Shown: positions 1 through 11,800 of the stretch, in pieces
How positions within the stretch are numbered: the stretch's first letter is position 1
Layout: each line of letters opens with the position of its first letter
Origin: Prorocentrum cordatum
Lineage: Eukaryota
Length of the DNA: 64,000 nt
Assembly: GCA_963575745.1 (NCBI GenBank)
Contig: CAUYUJ010000270.1
Span: 62,001 to 126,000, forward strand
Direction of reading: 5' to 3'
Notes under the pieces: model-generated
The model's input: only the letters and a program-made list of their open reading frames with translations
Databases searched by the model: none
Told to the model about the DNA's origin: nothing
Made by a program: the position numbers and the translations under genes

Positions 1-59
1 ACACACACTCTACTCACGCGGATAGAAGCGCCAAAAGGAGCTCACACTTCTGTCTCTTC

Positions 60-480
60 GGGCGCCACCGTATGTGGCGGGCCCAAGCCCACTTCGGCAC
101 ACCCCTCACAGGAGCGCGCCCATTCCGGTACACCCCTCACGCGGATCGTGGCCCTGCAGGGAGCTTAACCTGTGGCCCCAGTGTGTGCGACCGCATGCGG
201 GGCAGCACCATGTCGGCACACGCGGATCGTAGCCCCAGATGGAGCTCCACCTGCGGCCTCACAACCGCATACAGGCCGGGCTCACTTCGGCGCACCTCCG
301 ATGCGGACCGAGGCCTCACAAGGAGCCCCTCGCATACTAGCACGGGCTCAGTGGGCCTGGCCGCATGCGGGGCGTCGCCTGTTTTGCCCATTCCCCTCTC
401 GCGGCGCGCAGTCCGCGGGGAGAGGGCCAGATCCTGCGCTACACGCAGCTGCAGAGAATTGGGCATCTCGCCAAACTAAT
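60..480 (+). repeat. Dispersed intronic repeat; inverted homologue at ~15260-15720
   Basis: CGGCGCGCA.TC....GGAGAGGGCCA...CCT.CGCTACACGCA and repeated CA(C/T)TTCGGCACACC sub-units recur on the minus strand at 15260-15720. Confidence 0.65.
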
Positions 481-641
481 TCTGACACACCTGGAATGAA
501 TACGGGAAAGAATTGTACGATGCCCCAAAGCAAGTGTTGTCCAAAACCGACAGCGCCCGCTGTTGGGCAGCGGCCCGTGGTCCCAAATGGACAACTGACA
601 ACGTCCGCGAACCGATCGCACCGATCATTTTCCCGTGGAGC

Positions 642-1046
642 CTTTGCCGTGCAGTCGTCGGAGGCGGTGATCACGTGCCGACCTCGTGGGGAGAATGCGG
701 CGGAGCACACACCCTCGGCATGCCCCTCCAGCACGCGTAGGCAGTCCCCGCTGGGGGCGGACCAGAGCGTCGCCGAGCCGTCCGAGCAGGCCGTCAGCAC
801 TTGCCGCCCATCGGGCGAGAAGGCCGCAGAGTTGACCACGTCGGCCCCGCCCCTGCCCAGGGTGCAGCGGCACTCCCCCGTGGCAGCGGACCAGATCTTC
901 GCCGTTCCGTCGTCGGAGGCGGTGAGCACCTCCTCGCCATCGGGCGAGAACACGGCAGAGCAGACGCAGTCTGCGTGGCCGCTCAGCGTCCGCGAGCACT
1001 CCCCCGTGGCAGCACACCAGAGCTTTGCTGTGCCGTCGTCTGAGGC
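642..1046 (-). CDS. Exon 4 of UBL/WD40 gene (about three WD40 repeats); gene continues beyond the left edge
   Basis: Translation ASDDGTAKLWCAATGECSRTLSGHADCVCSAVFSPDGEEVLTASDDGTAKIW...VITASDDCTAK. Ends AAG|GC (donor 641-640). The 5' boundary is 1046 (seamless join) or 1039 (canonical AG). Confidence 0.9.
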
Positions 1047-1927
1047 GGTAATGGGGAGCAGAGAAAGCACACATGACCCATCCTTCGGGGATTGACGAAA
1101 CTGTCCCTGGCCCACGGTGTTCCAAGTTTTTCGCTCCATGTTGGAGCCCCATGGGGCCCTCCGAATCCTGGCAGGAAGGGATTGAGACGGGGGGGGAGGG
1201 GCAGGGGCGAAGGCGAGGGAGGAAGAGAAGGGAGAAAAAGGAGAAGGCGGAGGTGGACCCAGACCATCGACGACCAGAGTTGTCCGAGAGTCAGCGGCCC
1301 CTGGAATTTTCGCCGCTTCCCTGGAGACCAGCATTTCGTCCAACATCGTCCTTGATGGTCACGGCGCCCGACGGGGGCCTCCAGACGCCGAACACGGCGA
1401 ACATCCTCTGTCGCAGTTTCGGCTCGAGCAGAAAGAGCTGGGCCACAAGCGTCACCCAAGGGCTTCAAAGGTGCGTCCTGGCGAGAACTTCGAGGCGGTC
1501 GCCGGGCGGGAGGGGCCCCGGCAGACCAGCAAGGGCGAAATAGCCTCGAGGTCCCGTTCCTCCAGGACCCCCGTTTGCTGCGTTCTTCCAAGAGCGCGCA
1601 AGAGCGTCAATCTTCGATCATCGATGGACGGGGCGTCTACTCTCTACCTCGCCGATCCCCGGCTGCCCGATCCTCTGGCACAGATCGGTGCACATGCCTC
1701 CGTGGCCAAACCAAGGGGGCGCACAAACCGATCCTAGGCGCAGGGAAGGACCCAGCCAGGATCGGCAAACATGAGTGTAGATGACGTGCCCCAAATGTTC
1801 GGGATCCCCAAACGGTGCGGTGGCAGAGCGTGCGGTGACCTCGGGATCCCAAGTGGCCGTAGCGCACGGACGATTGGCCCTGCGCTGAGCCCGCTTCGAA
1901 ATACGTTCCACCCAAAAGACTGGCTTC

Positions 1928-2770
1928 CGAAACCTCCCAACGCCGATACAGTGCCCCCATGCCTCCAAAGACGGCCCCTGAGCATTGGCTACGATAACAC
2001 CTTGGGCTCTGGATGGCGTGTCCTGAGCGAGCTTGGCCCCTGTCTGAATGAGCTTGGCGAGACCGTTCTCGCGCACGCGGTGCCGATGCAGTCTCTGGAG
2101 TGCGACGAAGGCCCAGGACCGCCATGCGGCCGCCTGGTCGGTCACCGGAAGCTCGCGATATCGTTTGGCCTGCTTGGTTGGCTGCTGGACTAACTCAATC
2201 CTTTCAGCCCGCGACCACCCTTGCGGGTCGGCATAATGACGACCAAAGATCGCGCGCGCCGTCGCCTGGGCCCAAGATGCAAAACGACTGCTCGCCCCCG
2301 AGACATACGCCCCCCTCCCCCCCCGATGAGCGTGCGACTCAGCAAGACATGAGACGAAATCGTCCTTGGTTTGAAACACGAAGCTGACTTGAGCTGACTG
2401 GTGACGCAAAACAGGAATCAGGAATAGAGATGGGAACTCCAGGCAGCATCGCTCCATCAGCCTCCGCGGGGGGGTCCAGCCCAGGGGGGGGGCGCCATAC
2501 TATGCTCATCATTCGGCCAATCGCGGTCATGCATGCTCATCAACAGGATCACAGACTTCGTCTGATTGATCGCCCCACGACGCAAGTCTAAATCCAACCA
2601 GTCTTGCTGGCAACCAGGAGTCAGAGCGCGGGGCGCGCTCGCGAAAAGAGATCGCTGCACCGACGGGTGGGTCATCGAGGAGTCGGGCACCAGGATGCGC
2701 CTCAGGGTGCTTGGAATATGCGTTGGTCTTGAGCCAACGTCGAGTTGTCGAGCGGGGACGCAGCGGGCAA
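1928..2770. repeat. ~840-bp direct repeat A' (paired with 6803-7645)
   Basis: Long colinear similarity, e.g. CCTCCAAAGACGGCCCCTGAGCATTGGCTACGA and GCAAGTCTAAATCCAACCAGTCTTG occur in both copies. A shorter degenerate copy lies at ~8250-8390. Confidence 0.9.
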
Positions 2771-2844
2771 TAATGATGATAATGATGATGATGATAGTGA
2801 TGATGATGATGACGATGATGATGATGATGATGCTGATAATGATA

Positions 2845-3025
2845 ATGTCTCCTTTTTCAGCTAGCGGGAAACCGCTGCGACAAGGCGTTGGCCACACAGG
2901 GACTCTCCGAGCCGTGCTGAGAGCTCGCCGGGTAAGCCTTCTAGGGCCAAACTGACTACGGATACAGGCATGAATCGACCACAAGCGCCGTCACGACAGA
3001 GCGGCTGTTGTTTTCTCTTCAGCCG
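2845..3025. repeat. PLE pseudo-LTR copy B' (paired with 6620-6803)
   Basis: ATGTCTCCTTT..AGCTAGCGGGAA.CCGCT...CTAGG.CCAAACTGACT.CGGAT...CTCTTCAGCCG is shared with 6620-6803. Both copies abut (ATG)n. Confidence 0.75.
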
Positions 3026-3244
3026 CCGGCGCCGTTACGACAGAGTTGCTGCAACCGCCAGGCGCCGTTGCGACAGACTGCTGCGATCGCCAAGCGCCGT
3101 TACGACAGAATTGCCGCTTGTTTCATGTGACAGAAACGAGAAAAGAGAAACGTCCCGCCGTCCAACCCTTTGTACACCTCCAAAGAGAATCAGCTCAGAC
3201 TGGTACGTCATACAGTCACGTGTTCGCAGGCGCCGTCAAAGATC

Positions 3245-5200
3245 TCACGGTTGAAACCTTTTTACCACCGTTGCGAGATGGGCCCCGCCAAGCTTCCAGG
3301 CTACTCGGATCCTGTAGCCTAGAAGGTGGGACCATGACTTGTTCAGACGGGCGACGGCTCGCTGAACTCCTGAGCGCCCAAATTGTGGGAAATACGGAAT
3401 GACCAGAAAGATATATGTCGGTCCCCCGCTGGTCTTCTTGGAGACGCCAGTGCTGGAACTACTAGCCAGTGCGTGCACAGAGGATTCGTCTGCCCCGCCC
3501 TGCCTCAGGAGGGGGCAGAATCTCGAGAGCTCGTCGCTCGCATCGGACTTATGCCTTGACAAGCGAAAGAAGCGCGTCAGCATGGAAAAACGGCCACGCT
3601 CGGTGCACCTCTGGGTGGTGCATAGAAGAGTTGCTTAATGGAACCCATTGGCTTGTTCTCTTTGTGTATACACTATAGTTCAACATCCCACCACTGTCGA
3701 ACGATCGAGGGCACCATGCCTTCACATCCAGGTATGTGGCATACTCCGAACTACAAGATTCCAGCTCCACGCGGAATGGCTTTGGTTTGTTGGACAGATC
3801 ACGATAAAGTCTGTCCACGTCCTGTGCGTCACCGTCGAAAAATACAATGATATCGTCTTTGAACCCTGAAATACAGTTTGATCCCACATTGCTCCTGTAC
3901 TGTGCGTCGTCTACGACTTGAACTTCGCAAAGGTGGTGAAATGCTCCATGGCACCTCGCCACTGCACGCGCACCCCATGCCAGAGCCACATTCTACTTTG
4001 AAGTAAAATTGCACATCATGTAGCTGAACGAACTGGTCGTCGAGGACACAGGACAAAGCCTCGCGGAACTGGTTCTTCAAGCTCCCGTCGAAGAACTTCG
4101 CGCGCTCCGCTTGAAATAGTCATTGACTTCGATATTCATGATCCTGAGTTTTGGGGAGAATCGAACATGCCGGATCTTGTCGACAAAGTCCGCTGAATCA
4201 CGAAGTAGATGAGGGAGAGTCCGCAGCTTGTCCCTGAGGGCCCAGAAGACAAAGTTGCACATGGGTAGCATTGGGGAGCGCCGCTGCATGCAGTGCAGAG
4301 CTCTGTTGACGTTTTTGCCCTGCGGTTTGTGTTTTGACCGTGCAGCTCATCTTGTACACGACCCAGTGGAATGGCTCATCACAGCATGACACCAGACTCT
4401 TATATAGGTGCTTGTCTGGTTCACCTCTCCCATATTCACATATTTCTATGGCTGCGTCTCTCAGCTCCTCTACCACCGCCTGCGGGTCGAAATCTGGACC
4501 ATGAGAATAAAGTGATACGTCCATTCAACACTTTCCCATATGCTGTGATCAGCTGCCCTTTTTGTGACTAAGGCAAACCCTCCGTCTTTGTCTGTCGGGC
4601 TGGCGCCCCATACGCCGTGCTTCAACTTTGTCAAAGCATGCGTGACGGTCTTGGGGGCGATGAGAAGCCCGCCCAACCGGATCCGTGCGCGCGCGAAAAA
4701 TTCCATACATCACAGCATCAATCTCGAATAAGAGCCTCGGCAGATACATCCATGAGCTCGTCGCGCGGCCTTGCTCTTTCTGGTTTTACTCTGATGTGCT
4801 TCCATATTGGGTCTTCCGCTTCAATGCGGCATTGCGAAGAGCACGCCAGGTGACTGCAGTGGTGCCTCCAAGCCAATTTATGTCTGACGTCCAAAAGACC
4901 TCTCGTAATCGATTCCAAAGACGGGGAACGGCGAAGCCCAAATATATGTTTGCGATGATGTCGCAGAACGTATTCTACCGCCCACGAAACATCCAAAGGT
5001 TTAGGAATCCTGCTGGTGGACGCGTTCGCGTCAAAAATGCACGCGCCTGGCTGCCCTCGCCCACGCTTCAACAGCTGGCCAAGTTGAACTTTCTCCAACC
5101 CCCGAAGCAAAGTGAGGAATCACCCCGTCGTTTTACAATTGTGCGCGCAGTTCTTGTGGCATTTCCTACTTGCGCTTTCATTGAAGTGTTCTGAGCTCTT
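3245..5200 (-). pseudogene. PLE reverse transcriptase ORF, frameshifted
   Basis: Chain of overlapping minus-strand ORFs (4718-5110, 4470-4706, 4198-4524, 4077-4289, 3829-4080, 3549-3989, 3245-3583) carries the RT palm and thumb motifs. It stops at 3245 with no GIY-YIG motif seen. Confidence 0.8.
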
Positions 5201-6420
5201 CTTGGCAGAACGTTTGATGTTCACCAAGCGCGCCCAACGTTTCGCTTTCCTCCTCCCTTGGAACTACGACCGCGCCCCTGGCCACTCGCAGAGCGGCCCC
5301 TGCCTCTGTAAGCACCGCGGCCACGAGCTTTCGGCGCATACTTGGCATTGGAGTCGTAGCCCTTGCCCTTGTCCTTGCCGCTCGACTTTCCATATGTTCC
5401 TTTGGTCTTGCCCTTCGGGTGGTCCTTGTCTTTACCCTTTTCTTTGTCGTAGTTTTTGCCTTTGCCTTTGCCCTTTCATTTCTGGTCCTTGCCTTTCTGG
5501 CAGTCGCGATCCTTGGCCCCAGTCCCGCTGGGGGGACCTCGTTTCTTGGCATATATTTCAATATATCTTCTTCCTCAAGATCGCAGCCATGATACATTTC
5601 GTACTGTCATTTCTTCTGGTACCACGTCGCCGGCACTGAGGGCGCGGCTCTTGCTTTCCATTTTGCTTTCAACGCTTTTGCGACACGGTCATTCACGACC
5701 ATGTCGAATAGTTGGCCAGGCGACTTCTGCATAACCCTTTCAGCAACCTTTTCCGATTAGCCTCGGCTTTTGCGATCTTGCCCAACTGCGCTTGTTTCTT
5801 CGCCGCCGCCTGTGCCACAACTTTCGCGTGGACCATCGACAACTGCGGTGCAAGACGCTCTGGCTTCAAATCGCACTCAGGATCAGGATCGAGGCCAAGA
5901 AAAATAAAAGGCGATTTCCTATCCTTCTCGAGATTCAGACACTGTTCCAAACATTGTTCGCGCTTGCATGTCGATTTCAAGTGTTCTGGCTGCGACTGCA
6001 ACGCTTGTATGTCAATTTCTTCGTTGGCCTTCAGACATGCGCAATACAACTTGCGCTTGGCATCGCGCGCGCTCATATTTTCCAAACCAACTTCAAGCAA
6101 TAACCACCTGAAGTTTGAACCGCATCGAGGAATATGCTCTCGAATGACACAGAGAAGGGACGGGCGCCTGGAGGGTATTCCTCGCGCCCCAATGCATCTC
6201 GCTGGTCGCGAAATTTCTCCAACCGGCCACCGCGCTTCTGAAGGGACGCAACCGATGCCAACAATGACATACTGGCCTTCTTGATCAAAGGCCTCGTCTC
6301 CTTGGACGGGGCCGTCAATTGTGTTTCAATATATTCACGAATCACTTTGTTGTCATTCTCATCCAGGACCATCTCCAAATCGCATTCTTCACCTGCTGGA
6401 TATCTCCAGCTCCACCGAGC
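5200..6420 (-). pseudogene. PLE upstream ORF remnant (helical/coiled-coil, followed by a GK-rich tract)
   Basis: ORFs 6073-6621 and 5693-6100 are charged and helical (AQAAAKKQAQLGKIAKAEANRKRLL). A KGKGKGKD-like tract lies at ~5370-5500, directly upstream of the RT. Confidence 0.5.
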
Positions 6421-6619
6421 TGGACCGCAACTCCCTGCGGTTGTCCACGCCCTTGTGCTTCTCTCCTTGGACTGCGTTCTCGCCCTGCCTCGTCGTTGCG
6501 CGCCGGCCGGGCAGGGGCAGCCCCCTCGCGGAGAATTCGCCGAAGTCTCTGAGACCCCGCGCCCGCCGAAACGGATGCCATGCCGTCTGAAAGGAGTGCA
6601 ATGCACAAAATCAGACAGC

Positions 6620-6803
6620 AATGATGATGTCTCCTTTGCAGCTAGCGGGAAGCCGCTATGACAAGGCGCTGGCCCCGCAGGGGCTCTCCGAGCCCTTCTG
6701 CGAGCTCGCTGGGCAAGCCTTCTAGGCCCAAACTGACTGCGGATGCAAGCACGAATCGGCCGCGAGCGCCGTTGCGACAGAGCGGCGGATGGCCCTCTTC
6801 AGC
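6620..6803. repeat. PLE pseudo-LTR copy B (paired with 2845-3025)
   Basis: Direct repeat of 2845-3025, preceded by a short ATGATGATG. Confidence 0.75.
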
Positions 6804-7645
6804 CGAAAACTCCCAGCGCCGATGCAGTGCCCCCAAGCCTCCAAAGACGGCCCCTGAGCATTGGCTACGAAAACACCTTGGGCTCTGGATGGCGTGTCCT
6901 GAGCGAGCTGGCCCTTGTCTGAATGAGCTTGGCGAGACCGTTCTCGCGCACGCGGTGCCGATGCAGTCTCTGGAGTGCGACGAAGGCCCAGGACCGCTAT
7001 GCGGCCGCCTGGTCGGTCACTGGAAGCTCGCGATATCGTTTGGCCTGCTTGGCTGGCCGCTGGACTAACTCAATCCTCTCCGCCCGCGACCGCCCTTGAG
7101 GATCGGCATAATGACGACCAGAGATCGCGCGCGCCGCCTCCTGGGCCCAAGACGCAGGGCGACTGCTCGCCCCATGGACATGCGACCCCCCCCCCCCATG
7201 AGCGCGCGACTCAGCAAGACGTGCGGCGAAATCGCCCTTGGCTTGAAACGCAAAGCTGACCTGGGCTGACTGGCGACGCAAAACAGGAATCAGGAATAAA
7301 GATGGGAACTTCAGGCGGCATCGCCCCATCAGCCTCCGCGGGGGGGTGCAGCCCAGGGGGGGGGGGGGGGGGCGCGGTGCTATGATCATCATTCAGCCAG
7401 TCGCGGTCATGCTCATCAACAGGATCGCAGACTTCGCCTGATTGATCGCCCCAAGACGCAAGTCTAAATCCAACCAGTCTTGCCGGCAACCAGGAGTCAG
7501 AGCGCGGGGCGCGCTCGCGAAAAGAGATCGCTGCACCGACGGCTGGGCCATCGAGGAATCGGGCACCAGGATGCGCCTCAGGGCGTTTGGAATATGCGTT
7601 GGTCTTGAGCCAACGTCGAGTTCTCGAGCGGGGGCGCAGCGGGCG
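6803..7645. repeat. ~840-bp direct repeat A (paired with 1928-2770)
   Basis: Same shared strings as copy A'. Homology begins exactly where pseudo-LTR B ends. Confidence 0.9.
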
Positions 7646-8869
7646 GGAATGCTCGAGGTGGGCGGGCTGGACAGTGGAGGCAGCACTCGGGCACGCGGAA
7701 TTATGCGGAGTCGGAATGCAAGGACTGGCGACGGTGGTACAGCGCGAAACTGGTCGCGGCGGTCCGACGCGGGCTTTCGCCAGAGGCGCTTGGCCAGGCG
7801 GCGCCGACGCTGCTCGTCGACGAGGCGCAGAAAGCCTGCGAACACCTGGAGCTGACTGAGCTGAAGCAGGAGGGGGGCGCGGGCGCGTCGGGGGGCGAGT
7901 TCAGAGTTGCCATCGAGCGTGGAGAAGCTCCTTCAGAGAGCACAGGGCGAGCTCGCACGGTTTTTGCGAAGGCCCAGCAGGAAGGGCCGGCACTTGGCGT
8001 GGACAGGAGAGCGGCCGCGCTGGCCACGAGCCAACGGCAGCGAGACTTCAACAAGATGTCGGCCGCACTCCGGGCATGCAGGCGGAGATCCAATCCTACG
8101 ACCACAAGGCCCCGAACCAGGAGCAGGCGCCAAGAGACGAGGATCGAGGAGCGAGGCTGGCCCGGTCATCGGGCAACTAAAACGTTCAGCCAATGTGAAT
8201 TGCAATGTTTCACCTGATGCGCCTCACGCGCGCGCAAGCATACCGCTCGGCCGCCTCGCCGCCCCAGCTCAAACCGATTTAGCCGGCCATCGGGGGCCGG
8301 GGCGCGGGGCGCGCCCGCGAGAGGAGATAAGGATAGATAGGTCATCGAGGAGTCGGGGGCCAGGGCGCGCCTCAGAGAGTTTGGGTTTTGCGAGATGAGG
8401 AGGATGACGAAGGGCGCGCGCCCGTCTGCGGAGTCGGTTCGTTTCCAGAGCGCCGACGCGCCGCTGCGCACGCGCGGGCTCAGCCATTGCGCGGCGCCGG
8501 CGGCCTGGAAGAGATTGGCGTTCTGCTCGCAGCAGTAGGATTTGATGAGGTCGATGCCCGCGGGCGCAGAGATGGGGCGCAGCGCGTCGACGGACCTGTT
8601 CCGAATCGCGGAGCAATCGTGCTCCAGGTGGTTGTTCTTCATGCAGTGGGCCCAGGTCTTTAATAACCCCCCGGGCAATACTTGGAAAATGCTGACTTGT
8701 TCCACCAGCTTATAAACGGATTGGGGCCCCGACAATAGTTGGAAATTAATTGTTCTCGCCGTCGTCGTCGTCGACGTCGCCGCCCTCGTCGTCGCCTTCC
8801 CTCTTCCTCGGATCTACGAAACGGAGCCCAGAACGGGGGGGGGGGGGAAGGGAGGGAGGGGGGGGAGGG

Positions 8870-11800
8870 ATGAGGAGGAGAGGAGGAGGAGGAGGAGGGG
8901 GAGGGGGGGGAGGAGGAGGAGGGAGGAGGAGGAGGAAAAGGAGAAGGGGGAGGACGGATGGGGAAGGACGAGGGAGGGGAAGGAGGAGGAGGCGGGACGA
9001 GTTTCCATTTCCCGCCGAGAGCGTTGGGGGGGGGGCATCATTGAAGACCCTCTGCGGTTAAGGATTGCGGGCGGCAGCTGGGGCATGGGCGCGAGTTCGT
9101 CGCGCCCCTCGTCTTCGCACCGTCGGTTGGCTTCTTGCGGAAGAGTGGCGTCGCTGTCGTCATTGTGCCCGTCGGGGAGTCTGATCAGCTGGCGTCGGGC
9201 ATGGCGTTCAGCTCTCGCGCCTTCCAATGGTTGGCGGACGTCTGATGGCGCGCGCAGCTGCTAGAAAACTGCAGCCATGGGCCCTTCGCTTTCCGGCGCC
9301 GCCGCCGTCGCGCCAAAGCGCCCCGGCGAATGCGTCGAGTCAGGTCTCCGAAGTATAGATCGCCGCCAACGGTGCATGGCATGCTGTAAGATGGGCGTTT
9401 GAAGACTCGAACGATGTAAATGTCGCGCCGTTCCTTCCAATCGCGGCGTCGGTCCATCGTCGGGTCGTTCAGGCCGGGCGAGCACCCACTCCAAAATGCG
9501 ATGCTGTTGAGGCGCGCGACGGGAGTCGTCGGCGGCGCGGTCAGGGGCAGGAGCGCCCGGCGCCCGAAGCGGGGGGTCGGGCGCGCGGGTTGCGCAACCA
9601 GCCGACGGGCGTCATGCCTGAGGGCACTTCGGGACAGTAGAGCCTATGGTGTCTTCTTAGGGGCTACGCTGGAGTTAGGCCATGCGGCGTTTTCGGCTTA
9701 TGCTGAAGCTGTCGGTCGTCATTTCGCCGTGGGCGGCGATCCTCATTGTTGGTGATGCCGTCGTTTGGCCGGGCTGCCCCGCCCAGTTCTCTGCCGTGCC
9801 CCGGGCGCTGGCGGTGGGCGATTGTGAAATGTCGCGCCGCGCTTCGGTCGTTCCCCAACAGGGTAGGCGGAAGCATGCGTGGAAGGGGCCCTTGCCCACG
9901 GGGTCGGACTTGCCGTCGACTGCGGACTGGAAGCGCTCGCTGAAAGATCGGGGTGGCCCAGCAATCGGCGCGCAATTGCCCGTTGATAACTTTGACCAGG
10001 GTAAGCATTCTCCAGCAGTCTGGCGAAGCAACAGATACGACGCCCCAACCACGCAAGGCGCGCGATGTCGCCATCCGCGCAGCGGCCGCGACCAGCCCGG
10101 GCGTCTGCGCCACGCCACGCGCGCATGGCCAGGATTCCCACCAGCGTGCTGGCAGACAGAACGGCGCGCATCAGCTCGTGGAGCGCGTGGGTCTGCTTGG
10201 CGAGGAACATCGCGATCGGGGGAAAGAACTGCCCGGCTGTCCGAGGTTGGACATTGTCGCGATTGCCGGGGCGCTGTAGAGTTGGGCGCAGAATTGGGGC
10301 GGGCGGTTAGACGCCGCCAGTATCCGGAGACGCGACCGCCGCGTGGCCGCGGGCGTCTGCCATTGACTCGCGCGCGACGCAGCCAAGACGATGTGCGCGC
10401 CCAGGCACTTGGCCGCACCGCTGATAGTGAAGGTGGCCCTAGTCGTGGCGGTGCTTGTCAATCAGCTAGGTGATCGCTTAGAGCTGTCCACAGCGGTGCC
10501 GGGGCGCATTTCTTCGACTGAAGGGGAAGGCCTGCGACGTCAGCACCGGCGCACATGCGAAGTAACGGGCGAAGCAGATCGCGAAGGACAAGGAGCACAA
10601 CCGGCGTCATCGGGGCATGCGCAGGCAGTGCTGCCGCCACACTGCGGGTGGAACCTCGAACTGATCTACTGCGGAGAATTGGCTTGAGTGCGGTGTCGGC
10701 GCCAAGGGGAATCGGCTCAAACGCGAGCGCCCATATAGATCCACTTCGAGGACACACTTGTGCAACTCCGCCGTCAGCGAAAAAGAGTGGGCGGATCGCA
10801 TTGCCCAGCAGTAGGAAGGCGAGCTGATTGTGGCAACAGGCGTGAAGCAGCTGCAGGAACGAGCCAAAAATGCAGGAGGCTGGGAAACGCCGCAGAGAAG
10901 TCCTCACTCAGGAAGCAGGGCTGCAACGCTGCAGAATCGTGAGGGGTGCTGACCTTGGGGCAGCACGCCTCGATTTTGACTACGTTGGTGAAGCATTGCT
11001 GTCCAGGGACACATCCCTGGACACGTTGCGCGCCGCTGACGGGGCGGGGGGCAGGGCTTCTGGCTGCAGGCAGGGGCGATGATCTTCACGTCGCCGTTCT
11101 TCGCTGAAAGCGGGCGGAGCGCGCCAGAATCGCGTGGAAGTGCGATCTGGTCAGGGGCGGGGTCGGCTGCGTGCTCGGCCGCAGCTTCGAGGTCCTGCTC
11201 GTTGGGATGGCAATGTCGATCGTCTCCATCATGGGGGAGACCTTGTCCAGGTTCTGCATCGTGTCCTGTGCCTTGTGCCCAGCGCGCGTGGATGGCGCGA
11301 TGAATGCTGATCGGGTCAGTCTCGACGCGGGAAATGCCAGCGGCGACAATGCGACAATCTTCACGCCATTGAGGACCAGCTGCTTCGCGAAGGACTTCCA
11401 AAGTTCTCAGCGCCGCAGCATGCGAGATGCCCGCTCTCGCCAGCGGTCGCCGCCGCGAGAGCGATGGGCAGCGCGTGCTCGTCGTGCTTGGGCTGCTGCG
11501 CGCTCGTCGCTCATCGGCCGCGCCAGGGTGGCCCGCGGCGGCTTCGATGCTGAATTTCGGGAGGTCGCGGATGCAGATGTTCGCGTTGGGGCTCGCGCTC
11601 GGCGCGTCGTCGTGGACCTGCAGGCGCCCGGCGCCAAGGTGCGGGTCGTCGATGAGCAATCTGGCAAGCGGCGCATCCCGATGCTAAACAGCTCTCGCGA
11701 TGCTTTGCATGGCCATGGAGCTCGCCTCCTCGGCGAGTTCCCCGCGCTTGTTTTTCAGGACATCTGGGTGGAGCTTCAGTCGCCCCGCGCGCGGGCTGCG

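Larger units (their letters stand above)
2770..6803 (-). mobile_element. Penelope-like retroelement (PLE), decayed, apparently endonuclease-deficient, with pseudo-LTRs and (CAT)n tail
   Basis: PLE-type RT motifs occur in order across frameshifts: TDKDGGFALV (~4590), LLRDSADFVDKI..IEVNDYF (~4200-4110), GSGMGCACSGEV (~3980), FKDDIIVF (~3860), YLDV (~3735), VYTKRT...SMHHP (~3660-3610). Direct repeats flank the ORFs. Confidence 0.8.

Noticed and set aside
2985..3030. CTGAAGAG in the PLE pseudo-LTRs (minus strand, also at ~6795-6802) as a hammerhead ribozyme core
   Set aside because: PLE repeats often carry hammerheads, but I could not find a convincing stem II/GAAA/stem III in both copies. A covariance-model search is needed.
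9100..9700. RNase H domain at the end of the first LINE as a separate feature
   Set aside because: Only faint resemblance (LEWVL, WLQF...ARELN) in heavily decayed sequence; kept as 'possible' only.
10861..10876. CATTTTTGGCTC as an SL relic
   Set aside because: Short match lying inside the LINE RT coding region just after the AFPSLLH motif; likely chance.
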